Positions 50,366-62,714 of a stretch of 64,000 nt of DNA are shown in pieces. The notes below the pieces were generated by a model. It worked only from the letters and a program-made list of their open reading frames with translations. It was not told the origin of the DNA and made no database searches. Within the stretch, counting starts at the first letter, position 1, and every line of letters begins with the position of its first letter. The translations under genes and the position numbers were made by a program. The DNA is from Camelus dromedarius (Eukaryota). The stretch is from assembly GCF_036321535.1 (NCBI RefSeq), contig NC_087438.1:23560001-23624000 (forward strand). Reading direction: 5' to 3'.

Positions 50366-51509
50366 GAGGTCAGGTTCTCATGATGAAGACAAACCAAGCC
50401 CAGATCTGAAAGCCTTCCAGGAGATGGAGGACAACACCTCTGGTCTAAGCTCTGCCCCGGATTCCTCACCCGACCTGCTCAGTTTCTCAAATCTTTGAAC
50501 AAAGGGAGATGGAGTCAGCAAATGCATCTGCTTCCCTGAGAAGCAGGTCTCTGTGTTGTTTCTCAGAAGCAGCCATCAGTCATACTTGACGCCAACGGGG
50601 TTGCCAGGCCGGCAGCGCACCCTCACGCCAGCCCTGTTTCCTTCCTCCCTGCCTCACTCCTGTTCCCACCTCTCCTGCCCAGGAACTGCAGTCCTTCACA
50701 AGCCAGTGGGGCGTAAACCTTGGCCCCACACTCTCCTTCCTGAGGACACAGGCGAGCGCTAGTTTCCCGTTTCTCTTTGAGTTATTTTTGGTGTGCCATC
50801 TTCCTCCCCAAACTAAAAAGTTCTTGAGGCCCAGAGTTCAGATGCCTGATACCTCCCCAGAATGCGTACTCGCGTCCTGGTGCTCTCTGCCCTTATGGGC
50901 AGGCAGCAACCGGAGAGCAGAAGCCGCAGGGGGTGTGGCGGGCCTTCCCTCTCCCGGGCTCCTCTGCGGAATCACCCCTGCGAGGACCAGGCAAGCGGGG
51001 TCTGGAGACCAGCTGCCCCCAGACATCATCCTGGGGGAGGAGGAGGATTGACGGGGTGTGTTCCCACAGGGAATATGCCTGCACTCTGCTTCCTGGAGCT
51101 GCAGGAATTCAGACATCACTCTGCAGGCATGCAAGTAATCAAAGCCAGGTGCCCCACGCCCTCAGGCGCCCCGAGCCTCACCTCATCAGTCCCTCTCTCC
51201 TGTTTGTCCTCACTCCCACCCAGCACTGGAGTCACTGTGGGAACGTAGGCAATCCTGTAATCTCTCAGAACCTATTTGTAAAATGGGGGAAATTCTTTCT
51301 TTCTCTCCCCACCTCCCCTCACTCCTCTCCTAGCTCTAGCCTTCGCTCTCTTTCTCTGGATTTTTGCAAGATTTAAATGATATAACCTATGAAGAGGCCC
51401 TCCCATGTCTGGTGTGTGCTCAGTCCTTCTGCTACGTCCACTTATATCTTATCCACTCCATCGTCTTAAAATGCAAGACTTCAAGACCCTCCAGTTCAGA
51501 GGGTCCCCT

Positions 51510-52158
51510 AACTCCATCCTGTGGCCTCCTGATTGGTTTCCCTTTCTGCCTTGCCCCACTTCAGTCTATTCTCATCACAGTGGGTGAAATATAAATCATA
51601 TTATGTCAGTGCCCTCCTCAACTTGCCCCTCCATGGCTCCCCAGCTCTCTGAGTCAAGGCAATATCCTGACAATGGCTACAAGGGCCTAGGAATCTCTAG
51701 CACCACCCCCTGCTCCTCAGCATCCCACTCACTCAATTCCAACTACACTGGCCTGTTTGCTGGACCTTCAATACTATGCACACTTCTGCCTCAGGGCCTT
51801 TGCAAATACTATTCCTTCAGTCAAAGGAACCTTTCCCCACAAACTTTCATGGCTCCCTCCCTTACCTCCATGGGTCTGGACTCAAAGTCATCTTCTCGTT
51901 GAGGCCTTCCTTGGCCACCCTATAAATTTCATCATCCCCATAGCTCTTTTAACTCCTTGCCTGCTGTGTTGTTCTCTTTGGTACTGACTGCCATCAAACA
52001 AAATAGATATTTAGTTACCATGTTTATTTCCTGGCTGTCCTCTTCAATATGGAAGCTCTCGGAAAGTATGAATTCTTATGTTGGTTCACTACTGTCTCTA
52101 GAAAATTGCCTGCCACTTAAAAGGAGCTCCATAAATCTTTCTTAAATTAATAAATACC
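51510..52158 (+). mobile_element. L2 3' region
   Basis: cctcctgattggtttccc...ttctgcctcagggcctttgca...gaggccttccttggccaccct...ataaatctttcttaaattaataaa. Confidence 0.85.
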
Positions 52159-52179
52159 TCTTTTCCTCCATTATGGCTT

Positions 52180-52183
<4 letters not shown>

Positions 52184-52231
<48 letters not shown>
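52184..52231. repeat. (TG)24 microsatellite
   Basis: Perfect run read directly. Confidence 0.97.
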
Positions 52232-52239
<8 letters not shown>

Positions 52240-52834
52240 GTGTCTGAAATGAAGAATAATCTTATTTCTATGCCTTCAGAGTTTCCAAATAAAACCCAGA
52301 CTTTGCTGTCCGTGTCCATGAAAGAAAGACTGTTCTTGTGACCAGCTGCCTAAAATTTCTAAAATTTTAAAGGAAAATGTCAAATGTTCTTATTTGTTTT
52401 AATTAGGAATTGAAGTCGCATAGAATAAACTTTACAGGTTTTTCACTTCTTGAGAATAATCTTCTGAATAGTTTAAATTCCTGAAATATTTGATAAAACA
52501 TCTCACAGCAGGTGTTTTAGGGAGTTAGGTTTCTTAAAGTCTGGATAGACTATGCATTGATATAAGTGGAAGGCTATCCAATCATGTCTTTAATTGAATT
52601 TGAAATTTTTCAAAATGAAAGGCTAGATTGGCTATTTATCCGATTTTCTTCTTACTTGTTTGATACATTTTCACTTGAAGCTCTGTTTGATACCTTCATA
52701 TCCAATTTGAAATCCACAACTCAATGTATTACTGTGTTTTTCCTGTGAGACTCCTAGATAGCATCCTGTTTGTTAAACTAGGCCCTTTTCTAAATGAATC
52801 TCAAAGTCTGGTCCTATTAGCAAGATGGTACCAG

Positions 52835-53280
52835 CAATAATTATTTATTGCATGATCCTGGGCTCTAAAATAATACAGAAGTAGTAGCTGTAGTCTTAAC
52901 CTCTTAGACTGGTGGACAGAAAAGACACACATGAAACAAGATCAGCTGTCATCAAGCACTACATTATTAGGTGTCAGTGTTAATATGGGATGAATCAGCA
53001 ATGCAGACTTCTCAAGGCTCCTTCTGGGTTTCAGTGGTGAAGGAGCCTTGAAGGAAGGACGGAATTTTAAGACACTGGGCAAAGCGAAAATGAAACAAGA
53101 AGAACAATTGAATTGAAGACCCAAAGAAAGCAATGGCAGAGAAGAATAAATATCCAGGCTTGACTGGAGCAGAAGGGGCTGTCGGAAGGAGTGAAAAATT
53201 AGTGTGGAATAAAAGGTGCAGGCTAATGTCTAATCAGCCTTGGCTGTCTTAAATAAACTTAATATTCATAATGGGGTGAA
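52835..53280 (-). mobile_element. L2 fragment (diverged)
   Basis: ttatttattgcatgatcctgggctc...gagccttgaaggaaggacggaatttt...ggctgtcttaaataaactt. Confidence 0.55.
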
Positions 53281-55811
53281 AGGTTGACCATATGACCCCT
53301 TGGCCAAGTGCAGTGATTCTCCAGCTCAATGTGTTGTGCATTTTCCCTCTGGGCATACCTCTGCTTCAGGAGTCATGCTGATGCACGAAACGTGAGGGGA
53401 ACAAGAGAACACAGCACATAAACAAGTGTCAGAACGTGGCACAGACTTGGGAAGCTTTCAGAAAGGACAGGTAAGTGTTTTCTGAAGAGTCAAAGAATTA
53501 TTCCTGAGGGAGAAGAGACTTGGCTGTCTCTTCAAGTGTTCTCATTATTTCAGAAGAGGAGAGCTGAGGACACTCAGGCCATCAAGACAGGTGGGCGGCG
53601 TTTCTTTGGCTCCAGCCTGGTGCATGAGCCGATTCTCATCGTGCTGTACTGTCTTCTCGCTTTATAGCACAGCCACTCAATTACACCTGCTCGAGTGGGA
53701 GATGTCCCCTGGACTGGAGACAGTGGTGCAGGTAGGGCGTGGTGTGCCCACCGCCTAGCTGACACCCTTCCTATACTCCGTGTTTCCCTTCAGACCTGCC
53801 GCTGTGGGGGGCACTTCAGCAGCAGGAGAGGCGGCAGCTGCCAGGACAGCTGTTGGGGAGGCTGTCTTAGCAGTCTCCGGCTTGGTAGGCAGGCGTCTGA
53901 GGCACACACCTGAATATTTCCCTCTGAGTCTGCAAGAGGTGAACTTCCCAGAAGTCAAGGGAAAAGCAAGAAGGCAGCGCACTTTCCAACTCTATGAATC
54001 ACATCATGAGCTGCCACCTGTCGGAAATTCAGCTCCAGAAACAACTTCATCAGCAGCCTGAACTATTCTTAGAGGGAGAGCTCCCGCATGTTCTCCTCGT
54101 CCCAGAGACACCAGTATCTCATCTCATTCTCAGTAATTACAAGGTTCTCAATGTTTTTTTAATGTTACAAAATAAAAGTTCTAAACATTAAAAAAAAGCA
54201 CTTTAAAAGTTCATTCCTTTCAGGCAGCTGGTCACAAGAACAGACTTTCATGGACCGCAAAATCTGGGTTTTATTTGGAAACTCTAAAGGTGGAGCAGAG
54301 GAAAACTGGGATATTCCAGCCCTAAAGTAAGCACTGTAGGACCCATGAGCTGAAAGATTCAAGTAAATCCAATCTGTAATAAGCATCTCCCCTGGACTGC
54401 CCCAGCAGTAAAGAGAAGGGAACCATGAGGCTGGCAAGCTCAGCGATTTGAAATGTGTTATCATACACCAATGAACATAGTGTTCTGTGGGAACACAACA
54501 ACACGTCGCTCCCATCTAATGCCCTCTGACGGAGTACACCAAAAACAGGACAGGTGTCCGGGAAAGACAGGTCAGAAGCAAGCAAACAAACAATTACAGA
54601 ACTCCAGAGCCCCCCAAATCACATGAAAATGAATAAATAATTTAATATGGGGGAAGAATCTACTCACAGCACTGAAACAAGGAAGCAGTCTGTCTCGTAC
54701 CAAAAATTTTGAGAAGTGTCATCCAGAAGCACACTTGGGAACAAAATGAAAGGGGACTCTAGGAAGTAAGCTACGCAGAGCTTTGAAAACTACTGGTGCC
54801 TGTGTCCCACCTCTGTCTCACCACTTCGGTGAGTGAACAGACTCCCGTAGCTCCGGCAGGTACTTCTGGTGTAGAGGAAGCGGGGAGCTGGGATGACGGG
54901 GTCCAGCGGGGATGCACAACGCTCCCCTCAGAGCCCGTCTCCCTCACAGTCAATAGGAGCCCCAATGCAGAAGGCTCTGAAAATCTGCCCTGTCTCCCCC
55001 ACCAAACCAAGTAAAGGCTGAAAAGAAAGAAGGCATCAGATACCTTAGGCAAATTGCTTTAATGGCAACTAAATGCTGAAGTCAGCTGAGGAGTAACAAC
55101 AAACAGCCCAGGCAGAACACCTGGAGATCCCACTGGGAGAGCCCCACTGTCTCCACCAACTGGCACCTCCGTCACAATAAATCCAATCTTTCTGGGCACA
55201 TGGAGAACCACTAAAATTCACAGTTTATTCCCCACTGTTGGTGAGAGAGAAAACTTGCACAAGTGCCCAGAGATACATGCACAACGATGTCGCCTACAGC
55301 ATTAGGTGCATTGTGTGAATGTCTCATCCATAAGGACCTCGGTGGAACAGACTGCAGTCCTACAGCGGACGTGCCACACAGAGTGTGCCGTGAGGGTGAG
55401 GCTGCCAGGTCTGTCTTATTCACCCTGGCATATGGTAGACACTGGAGAAACTCATTCACGTATGAGGCCAATCAGGCAACGTGAAATCTTAGGCTGTAGG
55501 TCTCTTTCAATTTCTGATGCCTTCATCTCCTGGCATGAGGTTAGCTTTAGCATCCCTGGTGGAAATCATTTAACTGAGTAGGTTAGAAGGGTAAGTTTTC
55601 TCCCTGGACCAATCTAGCAAAAGAGAGATCTGAGAAGCCTGTCTTTCCCTTGTTCAGCTTTCTTTCCTGTGCCCATTCTCTTCCTCTCCATTCTTTCCTC
55701 GCTTTTCTTCCCTGCATTATCATCCCTAATTCCAAGTTACCCAGAGACCCTATATGTCTCCTCCAGCCCCATCAAAACCTCCATTGGCTCCTTCTAAGCC
55801 ATTGAGTCTAA

Positions 55812-55978
55812 GCTCAGCTGTGCATGAGAGTCACCTGGTGAGCCTTTAAACCAACTGAATCCAAGTTCCTGGTGGTGAGACAAAGGCACCAGTAGTTTTC
55901 AAAGCTCCCCACGTGATTCTAACGTGCAACCAAGGTTCAGAACTGGCTTGGAGAAAGCAGTTGATGGAGAACCACTGC
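55812..55978. mobile_element. MER5-like hAT-Charlie element
   Basis: gtgcatgagagtcacctggtgagc...aaagctccccacgtgattctaacgtgcaaccaagg...gagaaccactg. Confidence 0.7.
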
Positions 55979-56419
55979 TTTGAATTGAAAACAGCTTGCA
56001 TAGTTTTGTGACCCCTCCCCCTCCTTTGAGGAGGAAGCTTAACTTTAACAGGGAACAAAACCTTAAGCTAAAGGCTGAAAGTCAAAAGGATGACACAAAA
56101 TGGAACCTGCCCAAAGTCTCCAGAAACCAAAGGCTGCTCTCCCATCTCTCTTTGAAGAATAGGAAAAGGGAAAGATGTGAAGAACTGTACGATCAGCTAT
56201 TATTTCATAGTGTTTGACAATGAAGAGGCATCCTGATGAGCCAAACTTCGCCCACTACAGACTGGAATCCTTTTTATTGTACATCAAGTATGTCAGTTCC
56301 AACTCTGTAACTGTTAATGTCAGGAGAGCTACTTGTCATTCCAACCCCATGACAAAGCTGTGGTGCAGAGAGCAATCTCACATCACCACCCAAAATCTCA
56401 GCCACATCATCTTTACTTA

Positions 56420-56756
56420 AGAGGTTAACATTGGGGAGGGGGTGCTAAATGGGTGAAGGAGGTCAAAAGGCTTTCAGTTATAAAATAAACAAATCATGGG
56501 GATGTAATGAACAGCATGGTGACTACAGCTGACAACACAGGCAGCACTGTATTGCATATCTGATGGTTGCTAAGAGAGATCTTAAAAGTCCTTATCACAC
56601 AAGAAAAATATTTTTTGCATCTGTGTATGGTGATGGATGTTTACTAGACTTACTGTGGTGATCATTTCACAATATATGCAAATATCAAATCATTATATTG
56701 TACACCTGAAACTAATTTAATATGCATACATTACACCTCAATAAAAATAAATAAAA
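56420..56756 (+). mobile_element. L1MA-like 3' end
   Basis: cagttataaaataaacaaatcatggggatgtaat...gtgatcatttcacaatatatgcaaatatcaaatcatt...tacacctgaaactaat...caataaaaa. Confidence 0.88.
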
Positions 56757-57304
56757 GATCAAAATTATGTGATTTCAAATGAGAGCTATGTGGACTGAAC
56801 TGCCTTAAGGGATGGAAGACTGGATGATGGATGACCTCTGTGACTACTGATGGCTGGAGAGCCCTTCAAAGCCACCAGCTGTTTCAGGATCAAATCAAGT
56901 CCCAAATGAAAAGCCAAGAATTCACAGAAGGCAGGAGTGAAAAGAATCTGAGAAACCTTCTTCTATAAAAGAATCTCAAAATTCAGGCATGAGAAGGTAA
57001 TATCTTGATAACAAGAGTGTTAACAAGCAATCCCTTAGCTTATAGCATATCAACAAATTTAGAAGCCTAGCCTCCCTCAGTCCCAGGACCGGGTGCTAGA
57101 CAAGGAGAATTTGTGCTTCACTTTTACACTCTAAAGAGTGGTCAGGGGTCTGTGATCTTCCTGGCTAAGTCAGTCAAGGAGGACTCCTGCCCTGTAAAGC
57201 TCAAGGTGACGCCATTCGTGTTGTAGTCTATTTAAATACCAGTGCCTGGAAACTCACACACCTGCTAGGTATCTCCTCCTAATACCTAACACCTGTTGGG
57301 TTAG

Positions 57305-58210
57305 CTAGCACCTCATATCTGTTAGGATAGTTATTATCAAAAAAATTAATAAAATGTGTTGGTGAGGATACGGAGAAAAAGGGAATCCTTGTGCCCTGTT
57401 GATGGAAGTGTAAATTGGTATAGCCATTATGGAAAACAGTATGGAGGGTCCTCGAGATATTGAAAAACAGAACATATGATCCAGGAATCCCACTTCTGGG
57501 TATATATATCCAAAGGAAGCAAAGTCATTATCTCAAAGACATAGATGCAATCCCATGTTGACTGCAGCATTATTCACCATAGCCAAGGTATGAAAATGAA
57601 CTTAGTGTCTGTCCATGGATGAATATNNNNNNNNNNNNNNNNNNNNNNNNNNNNNNNNNNNNNNNNNNNNNNNNNNNNNNNNNNNNNNNNNNNNNNNNNN
57701 NNNNNNNNNNNNNNNNNNNNNNNNNNNNNNNNNNNNNNNNNNNNNNNNNNNNNNNNNNNNNNNNNNNNNNNNNNNNNNNNNNNNNNNNAAACCAGACCAA
57801 AAAAGACAAATACTACATGGCATGTATCACTTATATGTGGAATCTTAAGGGAAAAAAAGTCAAACTCTTACAAATAATAGAAAAGTATTTGCCACAAGCT
57901 GAGAAGTGGGAGAAATAGGAAGAGGTTGGTAAAAGAGGGCAATTTTCTGTTATGAAATGAATAAGGTCTGAAGATCGAATATAAAACATGGTGACTACAG
58001 TTGATATCAGTGTATTGTATAATTAAAATTCGCTAAAAGAAAGTAGAACTTATGTTCTCTTTAAAAAAAAAAAGGTAAGTATTTGAGGTAATGAATGTGT
58101 TAACTCAACAGGAGAATGCTTTCACTATGTATACATAAGTCAAATCGTCACATTATACACGTTAAATAACTTACAATTGTGTCAATTATACCTCAATAAA
58201 GCTGAAAAAA
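57305..58210 (+). mobile_element. L1MA9-like ORF2 end and 3' UTR
   Basis: gtgttggtgaggatacggagaaaaaggga...atatgatccaggaatcccacttctgggtata...caattatacctcaataaagctgaaaaaa; one N block. Confidence 0.9.
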
Positions 58211-58273
58211 CCCCACTATCTCAGGGAGTTATCAGAAATAGAGGTTAGTAAACACTGGGATTAAAAGAGTTAT

Positions 58274-58409
58274 GGGGGAGGGTATAGCTCGTGGTAGAGT
58301 GCATGTTTAGCATGCACGAGGTCCTGGGTTCAATCCCCATTACCTCCATTAAAAAACTTCAATAAATAAACCTAATTACCCCCCCCAAAAAATGTAAATA
58401 AAATTAAAA
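58274..58409 (+). mobile_element. tRNA-Ala-derived camelid SINE (Vic-1-like)
   Basis: gggggagggtatagctcgtggtagagtgcatgtttagcatgcacgaggtcctgggttcaatccccattacctcca has A and B boxes and an Ala-AGC anticodon loop. It carries an aataaataaacctaattaccccc tail and a flanking aaaa(ga)gttatg duplication. Confidence 0.9.
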
Positions 58410-58759
58410 GTTATGAATAACATATTTAACTGCTCACACTTGGATAAGTCTTCTCTCTAAAATAAGACCCCTCACAACCAGTGTGAAGTAGGGTCTCACA
58501 GGAGAAAGATTCTGGGACCGGAGGAACACAGCAATATGGAACTCCAGTTGACCGTGGCTGAGCCAGTGTGAGGGGGCTTGGAGTGCCAGTACTGATGATG
58601 GGGGGATGGAGTCCCCACCAGAGAAATCCAGCCCATTCTGAACCACTCTGGACTATGGCTGCATTCTCTGTAAAATGGGAATAATACCAGGTTTACTGCT
58701 TTACCTTCCACTCATCAGGCACTTCCATTCCCCAACTATTTTATTTAAATGCTAAATGG

Positions 58760-58910
58760 CCACTTCTTTGGCCATTCATGAATCTCCTCATCCATAAAAT
58801 GAGGGTAACACCCCATTGTCTACGCTGTCAAGAGGATTAAATAGAAAACTCTGCTGTAAACGACCCAGTCCAATGCTGACATACAATGTGTGCTTGGGTA
58901 ATGTATTTCC
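58760..58910 (+). mobile_element. MIR fragment
   Basis: ctcctcatccataaaatgagggtaa...gtcaagaggattaaatag. Confidence 0.6.
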
Positions 58911-60021
58911 TGTCTCTTTCCTTCTTTGCTGGTCTAAGGGACTGAGTGGACACCTGAAAGTAAGATTGTGAAGGCTGGTAAAAGGGGCTGTGTCTGGTCA
59001 ACTGCCCTGGACGCAGTAAAAGACCAGGAGGGCATCTCATGCCACACGCACCATCTTCCCCTCAACCCAGGTAGAGGGAAACTGGGACAAGGTCACTAAA
59101 TGAAGAAGCAGCAGAGAGCAGGAGGCCAGAGTCTGTTCTGGGATTAGAGGGATGTGGGACCAACATTGATGAAAATGCTCTTGGCACCAGAATACTTGGC
59201 ACTGTGAGGGCCCAGGCAACACAACCTGTGCCAGCCAAGCACTGGAACCACAGGAGATGCCACAACGATACAGGATTTGATAACTTTAGGGAAATACAAG
59301 GCCTGCTCTAGTTTCCCCTCAGTCAGCAGTCTTAGCACACACGTACCCATGCTTCAGTCCGGTGAGGGGCTCAGTCACCTCGCGCATAACCAAACTATCA
59401 CGGAGGCACCAAGTTCAAGGCATTGCACCAGCCTTGCAGGACTAGGGGCAGGGAGACGGTCACGGGTAATGAGGAATCTGAACACACAATCCCCGCCCAG
59501 AAAGCTCAGTCTAGTGAGGCAGGTGAGACAAAGGACACACGGAAAAACAAAAAAACAAAGAAACTGGGACTGGAAAATTTGACCTGAGGGGAACATTCAG
59601 AAACTGAGTCACTGCAGATACGTGGGTTTTCCAGAGTGCTCAATATTGCGCAAACTTTGGCCATGACCCATTAAACTCTCTCACCAAGCTGTGAGTTCCT
59701 GAGCCTTCAATGATTCATTTCTGCTACAGTTGTCACAGCCTGGAGGTTTTTCCTAGAAATAAACAAGTGTGGCTTTACATTAAGTAGTTTCGGGGTTGTC
59801 ATTAAGGTCTCTTAGAGCCAATTCATAAGTACCTTTTAAGCACTAGCTCATACTGGCTTGCACCAGACTAAGGATCGTAGAAGACGCAAATTTAGGAGCA
59901 GCCCCAGCCTTCTCCTGCAAGCAGGTTACATTCAGCGCTGTCCTGCAGCCCTCTTGCACCTGCTCATGAGGCTCATTTGCTAAATGATTAGGCATTTTGT
60001 GAGCTGGCTGTTAAACAGAGG

Positions 60022-60501
60022 TGTGGTTGCTTAAATAGTAGCCCTCCAAAAGACACCATGTCCCAATTCCTGGTACCTGTGAATGTTCATTTATATGACC
60101 AAAAACAAACAGTTTTGCAGATATGTTAAGGATCTTGAGATGGGAAGATTATCCAGGTGAGTCATAAATGCAATCATATATATATATATATACACGCTTT
60201 TGAGAGGCGTGCAGGAGGTTTGACACACACACAAGAGGAGAAAGCAATGTGACTACCAAGAAACTGGAGTGATGTGGTCACAAGCCAAGCAATGCCAGCA
60301 GCCACCAGGAGCCAGGAAAGGCCAGGAACGATTTTCCCCAGAGCCTCCAGACGGAGAGTGGTCCTGCTGACACCTTGAGTTCAGCCCAGTGAAGCTGATT
60401 TTGGATTACTGTCCTCCAGAACTGAAAGAGAGTGCATTTGTGTTGGCTGAAGCCTCCAAGTTCCTGGTAATTTGCGACAGCAGTCACAGGAAACTAACCC
60501 A
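60022..60501 (+). mobile_element. MLT1C/D-like MaLR solo LTR
   Basis: tgtggttgcttaaatagtagccctccaaaaga...ttaaggatcttgagatgggaagattatcc...gctgacaccttgagttcagcccagtga...cacaggaaactaaccca. Confidence 0.88.
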
Positions 60502-60849
60502 GGTAGCTTGAAATCAGCCACGGTGGCGTGTTTATACCATAGAAATTGACAACGGCACAGATCAGGGCTTTCGGTTTCAGAGAGCTGGTGTGTGCCTACA
60601 TTATAACTGGGCAGCTTAGCGGGAGATAAACAACTAGAGAGCCTGCTTCATGGCATGACGTGACGTGACGTACTGTGACGTGGGGTCATCCCTGTCATGT
60701 CATGTCACACACTGGATAACGCACTTAACTTGTGACCAGGCTCCGCATTCTGACTGCCCCCCAGACAGCACCCGTCTGTCCTCACGTGGCCCTCTTTGCT
60801 TTTCTCTGTGGTTTCCTCCCTGAAAAAATAATAGCCTCAAAACAAACCC

Positions 60850-60960
60850 ATTCACTCTAGAAACATTTACTAAGCACATACTGTGGACCAGAAACAGCAC
60901 TGAAGGTACAAAGAGGAGCAAGACAGGACACCTGTCCTTGAGGAGGGGACACTATATGTG
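60850..60960 (-). mobile_element. L2 tail fragment
   Basis: aaacatttactaagcacatactgtg...aagacaggacacctgtccttgagg. Confidence 0.6.
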
Positions 60961-61772
60961 ACATCAGATAGCCCAGTGACCAAAAAAATGGCACTGTGAG
61001 GGAAAGGTCAAGGTGACAGCTGAAGTAGCCCCCATCCCTGTGATTCTCACTCTTTGTGATTCTAGTGCCAAATCACTGAGACACTTTGTTGCTGGGGAGT
61101 GGACCTCTCAGTGGACCATGTTTTTGCAGACTAACCAAAGAGCTTTCTGCAAGGCGCTGAGTTGGAAAGTTCATTTCTTTGTTGAACACACACCTGAGCC
61201 ACTGTCTCCTAGCAAAACTGAACTGGGCCAAGTGCAAAACTGGATAACTGGATCCTAACCACAGGCGGCTAGCATTTGTCAAACAAGAGGATGCCGCCCA
61301 CAGTGTCACTGTTGGGGGTGATGCTTATCGCCAAAGACGCCTCTGCTCCACTGATGCTACAGTAACAGTAACGTGTAAACGGTGGCTCGGATGGCCACCT
61401 GGGTCCCTATTCTCTGCATCTTCCCCCATTACTCCTCATAAATGTCCTCACCGACTCTTCAGCTTATAGTTTTATGAAGACTTCAGGCAACTTCCTCTGG
61501 TGGCATCTGAAGGTAACACCCACACATTAGCTAATAGAAAACAATATGACCTCCTCCTTTTCAGACACCACATCTCTGAATCCTTACCCTCCATCCCACC
61601 CCAGTAAACTTCTTGGACATTCTTTCAAGGTATAGACGTTAGCAACAGCTGGGCAGAGTGAATAGCCCATGACTTGTTCTTCATGGGAGAGGTCATATAA
61701 TTACTGGGTAGTTTGCACAGGGCAACAAGTTTACTCCTCCAGCTGTGGGACCTACTTGCAGCACAATTTTGT

Positions 61773-61880
61773 CTATTCCTTCATTTAAGAAATGCTTATT
61801 GAGGGACTCAGTATGCCAGGCATCAAACTGGGTACTGGAGAATGAAGACAGTTAAAAAGCAACTCTTGCCTTCAGAAGGA
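61773..61880 (-). mobile_element. L2 tail fragment
   Basis: ttccttcatttaagaaatgcttattgagggactcagtatgccaggca...ctcttgccttcag. Confidence 0.65.
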
Positions 61881-62564
61881 CCCTTACCCCAAATCAGCAA
61901 GTGTCACTGATGTTATAAGATAAAGATATCCAGTACAGGAGGGTCCAAAGGAGGTGGCAGTCAGGCACTCTGGAGGGCCAGGGAAGCCTCCACAAATGAT
62001 CAGATGTGTAGACTCTGGGAAGAAGGAGGCACTGCTGGCTTTTGAATCTCCCCAAACTCCCTCGTTTAAAAAAAAAAAAAGAACAACCAGACTAAAATAA
62101 CCAAACCAAAAACCCACAGACAAAACCACAACAAAACCCAAAAGAAGAGTGATGGGGACAAACAACTGGCAGCATCAGAAACACTGCTGGGGACAGGACA
62201 CAAACCCTGCCGATCAGAAGCTTACACGCAGAGACACAGACCATCGAGGACATGCATGGTACATGCAACCTAAAGCAGTCAGTGCTACAGCCAGGGAAAG
62301 GACCAAAGGCGATCACACAAGTTCACTCTTTGTGCATGGAAGCTTGCGATGCACTGGCCAGGCCATTCTGGCGTCCAGTCTCCCTTAGGTTGCCATCAAC
62401 AAATAACCCTGAGAAATACCCACGGCCACGTCCATGCTCTCCAGTGGCAGCCCAGGGTGCAAAGGTCTCCATGCTTGGTGGGAGGTCAAGTGGGGAATGA
62501 GATAATATAGGGGAAGAAGATAGGATTCCAGCAGTCACCCATCAGGTGGACATCCTTTATCAAA

Positions 62565-62685
62565 TATCTTTAACCTCTCTAAGCCTTAATTGGTCATTAA
62601 AAATGGACGCAGAATAGGTGCCTCACGGGACTACTGAAGGACTGAGTGGGATAACGTCTGTGGGAGTCTTTGCACAGTAAAAACT
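62565..62685 (+). mobile_element. MIR fragment
   Basis: tttaacctctctaagcctta...aaaaatgga...gcctcacgggactactgaaggactgagtgggataac. Confidence 0.6.
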
Positions 62686-62714
62686 CCTCCAAAGGGTGCA
62701 CTGTTTTCATTCAT

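Noticed and set aside
53780-54061. Ala/Gly-rich 93-aa ORF
   Set aside because: Its composition is explained by local GC richness; no domain recognised.
58274-58348. tRNA-Ala(AGC) gene
   Set aside because: It has the extra ggggag 5' leader, SINE body, A-rich tail and TSD, lacks a poly-T terminator, and has a second copy at 44707, so it is a SINE.
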